Of a stretch of DNA of 64,000 bases, positions 61,801 to 64,000 are shown piece by piece. Where the stretch lies: NCBI GenBank assembly GCA_964023285.1, contig CAXIEN010000093.1:2439739-2503738 (forward strand), written 5' to 3'. Every line of letters begins with the position of its first letter. Positions within the stretch are counted from its first letter, which is position 1. The notes beneath the pieces were generated by a model. The model was not told the origin of the DNA, did not search any database, and saw only the letters and a list, made by a program, of their open reading frames with translations. The stretch is from Larinioides sclopetarius (taxonomy: Eukaryota). The position numbers and the translations under genes are program-made.

Positions 61801-64000
61801 GTGCGTAATATAAATACTAACACGATAGCCATCTTTTTCCCATGATCTACTCCAATACTTCCATTTTAAAAATCACACAACATACCCCATTACCATTTCA
61901 GCAAAACTGTGAACAGTACATACACATAGTAGCAGTTGTGATAATGGGGTCGTTAACACCTAATCAATCATTATAGATACCTGAAAACTGCAATTAGATA
62001 GTGATTGAAGCAGGTTTGCAAGAATTGGTTGTTGAAAATAATATTTGTTAAATGGACCAAAAAAATATAAAGCTTGTTTATCAGAAAGTTATGGACATTT
62101 CAATCTTATGCATATCCAAATGAAATTCTTCTCAAAGTAGTTAAAATAAACAATAATATATGAATTTACAGTCCAGATGCATTAAATTTCTTAATTTAAA
62201 GTGATTTTTAATTTTTTTAAAGAAAATATATTGACTGAAAATCTAAATCACTTTGCTGTTTGTCAATCAAAGTTTAATTTAATAAAACAATTAAGATGAA
62301 AATATCATTAAAACTAATGATATTCAATACATTTTAATGCGCAATACCAAAGCATGGTATTCATATTTTTTGTTGTTTAATTCAAAATTGTTCCTTTGGG
62401 GAATGGATTATTTTTCTTTCTAGCTAACGATTTATTTTGTGTTTGACATCATGCATTAACTTCAAATAGAAGATTGATTAAAATAATGAAATATTCCATT
62501 AAAAATCTTTTAAATGTAATCGAGTCCCAGTGCTTAATAAATATGGATATTTGATACAACGCAATTTTTTGTCGTACCTTTTATTTAAATGATGCTATAT
62601 GAACATACTGTCTAACAAAGCACCGAAGTGCACAGTTAAATCTGAAATTGATGTTTTAAATTGACATTATTATTATTATTATTGCTTTCTCTTATTTTAA
62701 TGATTTTATTTCTAAGACGGCCGCCAAGCCTGGCATGTATAAATATTTAAAACTTAAATTTTTAGAAACAGGTTATGATGAGTTTGGTCTAGGGAAGAAG
62801 GGTTTCTATCAACAAGTCATGTTTAACCACTTCACTTAGATGTGAAAAATTCTTGATTTGGAAATTAAGTACCAGAACTTAATAAGCTTGGGTATTTGAT
62901 ATCACACCATTTTTCAGTCACAACTTTTTTTTAAGCTTGGCGTTTTTTTACTTTTAAAAATTTTTTTTGGTGGATATCAGTTATTTTTTTAAATAGGTAA
63001 ATAACCATTCACAAACTGGGCTTTTGCCGGCAAACAATTGCCTGATACCTGGAGTCTCATCATCAGTTACAAATATTTAGGGGTTTATTTATTTATCCAG
63101 GTGCCAGCTCCGTCCCTAAACTGTAACTGTGATGTGTTTGTTTAAACTCTTTATACCATACAGTAATCTTAATATAGCTCGTAAAAATGGATAATGTGGT
63201 CATAAGCTTCGTAAAAATAGCATATATGAAATTTATTTATGTTCTAAGTGACAACTTAATGGATGACCCCTTTTACCATGTGTAGGAGAAGTATTGCTAT
63301 TTATACTCCATGTCCATTTATGTTCATGTTACAAATAAATGTTAAGGACAATAAAATATCAGAACATATATTCCAAGCAAAATAATTTATCATATTCATT
63401 TATGTTACATATTTTAGGATTGCATTTCCATTTTTTATCAGGCATGCTGCCTTCAATTGCAGGTTCAAATAAATTAGAGCATTTACCATCTGTATGCAAT
63501 TATAAGGGGAAAGCGTTGTCATTAAAAGTTGTGTACGTAGGTTCAGTGAAATATGGTTCAGAACTATAAGAGTGAAAAGATGTAACAGTCAATACTTCAT
63601 ACTTATTTTTTGATTCTTTACACAAATTTCTCTTAGTAAGTACTACTTCAATTTCAGACTTTATTAGATGCAGCTTTGATCTTAATTTTTTTACATAAGT
63701 TTGTCGTGCAGCTAATACCCATTTAATCATATTTTCGGATTCTATGTGAGCATTTTCCGATAGTAATTTATTTCCATCAATTAACTTTTTCATTAATGGT
63801 TCTATGTATTTTTCTGTGTTTATGTCACAAGACAAATTTACATTTGAAACTTTGTTTTGAAATTTGAAATCATTAATAGGAGTGTTAATTGCACTTAATT
63901 CTAAAATATTATCTAATTATTTTTCCTGCTAATGACACTTTATCAGCAATTATTTTATTTAATTCTAAAGGATTTTCATTAGAAATGTTGGATACAAAAC

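Noticed and set aside
1-64000. Prokaryotic-style features (operons, CRISPR arrays, rRNA/tRNA genes, defence islands)
   Set aside because: No Shine-Dalgarno sites or tightly packed ORFs, no repeat-spacer arrays, no rRNA or canonical tRNA cloverleaf sequences. The composition, splice signals and TE content are eukaryotic.

Overview
AT-rich (~70% A+T) eukaryotic, probably invertebrate, genomic DNA with no prokaryotic gene organisation. Almost the entire window (about 3.4-59.4 kb, + strand) is one large multi-exon gene. I reconstructed 24 exons whose splice phases chain without a single break. The reading frame encodes a DUF4062-like N-terminal module (motifs RIFISSTF...ERD...VDLRWG...ELCLLEAQKSDLFIGILGERYG), a NACHT/STAND P-loop NTPase (Walker A GNPGSGKTT, Walker B FVLVIDGLD) and C-terminal WD40 repeats. 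This is the architecture of metazoan NWD1 (NACHT and WD repeat domain containing 1). The introns are 0.1-10 kb long and packed with interspersed repeats: a degenerate Ty1/copia-like LTR retrotransposon (antisense, 13966-18366); a degenerate Tc1-like DNA transposon with ~45-bp TIRs (43602-45153); two related families of non-autonomous elements with Helitron-like 3' termini (hairpin, CTRR, then T); two MITE families, one nested inside the other; a tRNA-box SINE-like repeat; short satellites and microsatellites; and recurrent homopolymer G/C runs. There are no rRNA or tRNA genes and no CRISPR. The most interesting items are the NWD1-like STAND gene model itself, the Helitron-like families with shared termini, the nested MITEs, a GC-rich CpG island with a possible antisense first exon inside the 10-kb intron, and an unexplained ~138-codon open frame at the right edge. 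All identities come from motif recognition by eye; I ran no database search.
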